NCBI GenBank assembly: GCA_965226055.1
Contig: CBDDCA010000006.1
Coordinates: 1 to 64,000 of the forward strand
Direction of reading: 5' to 3'
DNA from: Spirochaetia bacterium
GTDB lineage: Bacteria > Spirochaetota > Spirochaetia > WTKD01 > G963693115
Length of the DNA stretch: 64,000 bases
Shown: piece by piece, positions 62,283-64,000 of the stretch
Layout of the letters: each line of letters opens with the position of its first letter
Numbering within the stretch: the first letter of the stretch is position 1
Notes under the pieces: generated by a model
Seen by the model: the letters and a program-made list of their open reading frames with translations, nothing else
Databases searched by the model: none
Told to the model about the DNA's origin: nothing
Translations under genes and position numbers: made by a program

Positions 62283-63086
62283 ATGCTTATCTATTATAAT
62301 CAGAACGATACAAAAAATTCACTTAATTATATTACAGAGTTACATGGCAAACATAGCACCATGCTCATGGACTTTGCTTTATTACAGCTCAATAATGAAA
62401 GCTACCGCTTTCATACACAGAACAAAGAGCTTGCATTGCTTTTGATGACTGGGGAAGCTACGCTCAAATGGGGAAATAGCTCAGAGAAAATCAAAAGAAC
62501 ATCCCTTTTAGACGAAGCTCCCATTACTTTGCATTGTCCTTGTGATACAGAAATACACATAGAAGCTCATGGCAAAGTAGAGTTTGCATTACAACTCACA
62601 GAAAACAGTACTCAGTTTACTCCTCTCTTATACAATGCGTCCAATATACGCAATGAATACTTTGGAAAAGGAAGCATGCAAAATACATCCACAAGAAATG
62701 TACGAACTATATTTGATGCAGCAACAGCACCACAGTCAAACATGGTTATTGGTGAAGTGGTTAATTATCCCGGAAAATGGTCTAGCTATCCCCCACACAA
62801 TCATCCGCAACCAGAAGTATACCATTATCGTTTTTTCCCTGAACATGGCTTTGGATATGGCGAAGTAGGTGATGCTATTTATAAACTCAAACATAAATCT
62901 ACTCTTTTGATTGAACCATGGGTAACACATCCACAATGTTCTGCACCTGGCTATGCCATGTACTATATATGGATGATACCTCATCTTAAAGACGCAAAGT
63001 TTGGTCCAGACAGTCGTATGTTCGTAGACGAACATAAATGGCTTCTAGATCCTCATGCTGATATTTGGCAAGCTCCAATAGAATAA
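62283..63086 (+). CDS. iolB: 5-deoxy-glucuronate isomerase (IolB family)
   Basis: GKWSSYPPH.H..PEVY, HP...APGY.MYY.W; GGAGG RBS. Confidence 0.88.
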   Translation: MLIYYNQNDTKNSLNYITELHGKHSTMLMDFALLQLNNESYRFHTQNKELALLLMTGEATLKWGNSSEKIKRTSLLDEAPITLHCPCDTEIHIEAHGKVEFALQLTENSTQFTPLLYNASNIRNEYFGKGSMQNTSTRNVRTIFDAATAPQSNMVIGEVVNYPGKWSSYPPHNHPQPEVYHYRFFPEHGFGYGEVGDAIYKLKHKSTLLIEPWVTHPQCSAPGYAMYYIWMIPHLKDAKFGPDSRMFVDEHKWLLDPHADIWQAPIE

Positions 63087-63118
63087 ACCAGATAAATTAC
63101 AAAGAGCATATACAACTA

Positions 63119-63904
63119 CTAGATTGCATGTATTTGTTCTAAAAAAAGCTTTGTTCTTTCACTTTTTGGATTAACAAAAAAAGTTTCTACTGGTTGTTCC
63201 TCAACTATATTCCCTTCATCCATAAAAATAACCCTATGAGCCACTTTTTTTGCAAACCCCATCTCATGAGTAACACAAATCATAGTCATCCCATCCTTTG
63301 CTAACTCTATCATTACATCAAGTACCTCATTAATCATTTCTGGATCAAGTGCCGAAGTAGGTTCATCAAACAGCATAATATCAGGTTTCATACAAAGACT
63401 CCGTGCAATCGCAGCACGTTGTTGCTGTCCTCCTGAAAGCTGTGAAGGATATTTATACGCATGATCTACAATACGTACACGATCTAAATACTCTAACGCT
63501 TGTTCTTCAGCTTCTTTTTTTGATATTTTTCGTACTAGTATAGGAGATAAAGTTAAATTCTGTAACACAGTGAGGTGAGGAAAAAGATTATAGCTTTGAA
63601 ATACCATCCCAACCTCTGATCGAATAAGTGTTATTTGTTTACTATTATTTGTAAGTTTCTGTCCATGTACAAAAATATCACCTTTTTGACATACCTCAAG
63701 TCGATTTATACAACGAATAAGAGTAGATTTTCCTGATCCTGAGGGACCACAAATAACTACAATTTCTCTTTTTGACACAGTAAGATTAATATCTTTTAAT
63801 ACTTGAAAATCACCATACCATTTATTGACATTTCTCATTTCAATAATATGCTCTGATGTATCTGTAGGCAAATCAAGATGCGTAACTTTTTTTATATCTT
63901 CCAT
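63119..63904 (-). CDS. Polar amino acid ABC transporter ATP-binding protein
   Basis: [36 protein letters not shown]. Confidence 0.95.
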   Translation of the reverse strand: MEDIKKVTHLDLPTDTSEHIIEMRNVNKWYGDFQVLKDINLTVSKREIVVICGPSGSGKSTLIRCINRLEVCQKGDIFVHGQKLTNNSKQITLIRSEVGMVFQSYNLFPHLTVLQNLTLSPILVRKISKKEAEEQALEYLDRVRIVDHAYKYPSQLSGGQQQRAAIARSLCMKPDIMLFDEPTSALDPEMINEVLDVMIELAKDGMTMICVTHEMGFAKKVAHRVIFMDEGNIVEEQPVETFFVNPKSERTKLFLEQIHAI

Positions 63905-63922
63905 TATAATGAAACTCCTCTT

Positions 63923-64000
63923 CTATCTTTATTGATTCTTTTATCGGCTATACGCACAAATGTAGCGATAATATAACATAGCACCCAATACAGTATGCCA
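63923..64000 (-). CDS. C-terminus of an amino acid ABC permease (partial)
   Basis: ...GILYWVLCYIIATFVRIADKRINKR*, upstream of the ATPase. Confidence 0.65.

Overview
This is an AT-rich bacterial chromosome segment, most likely from a spirochete (pyrG-lptC-lptA-lptB order, short AlaRS; inferred). The housekeeping backbone comprises rdgB, pepF, lptCAB, pyrG, lipB, hisG/B/Z, alaS, copA, trhO, miaB, mtaB, sua5, iolB, tRNA-Ala(GGC) and tRNA-Leu(CAG). The main accessory system (37.3-60.7 kb) is a 2-aminoethylphosphonate locus: ppd, cytidylyltransferase-pepM, AEP transaminase, a LicC/PntC-like NTP transferase, a TagF-like transferase, and four tandem ~1050-aa YidC::membrane::LtaS/sulfatase-like fusion genes. 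The fusion genes are recombination chimeras that differ mostly near active-site motifs. A 1571-aa FN3/DUF285 lipoprotein gene interrupts the locus, and its upstream region is a copy of the A15-containing region at positions 1-131. Other accessory features are a tandemly duplicated ABC-ATPase + PD-(D/E)xK-like cassette (candidate defence system) with an alaS relic at the junction, two Panacea antitoxin islets, a poly-T frameshift in a secreted HExxH protein, and many apparently leaderless genes. All calls come from motif recognition by eye; no searches were run.
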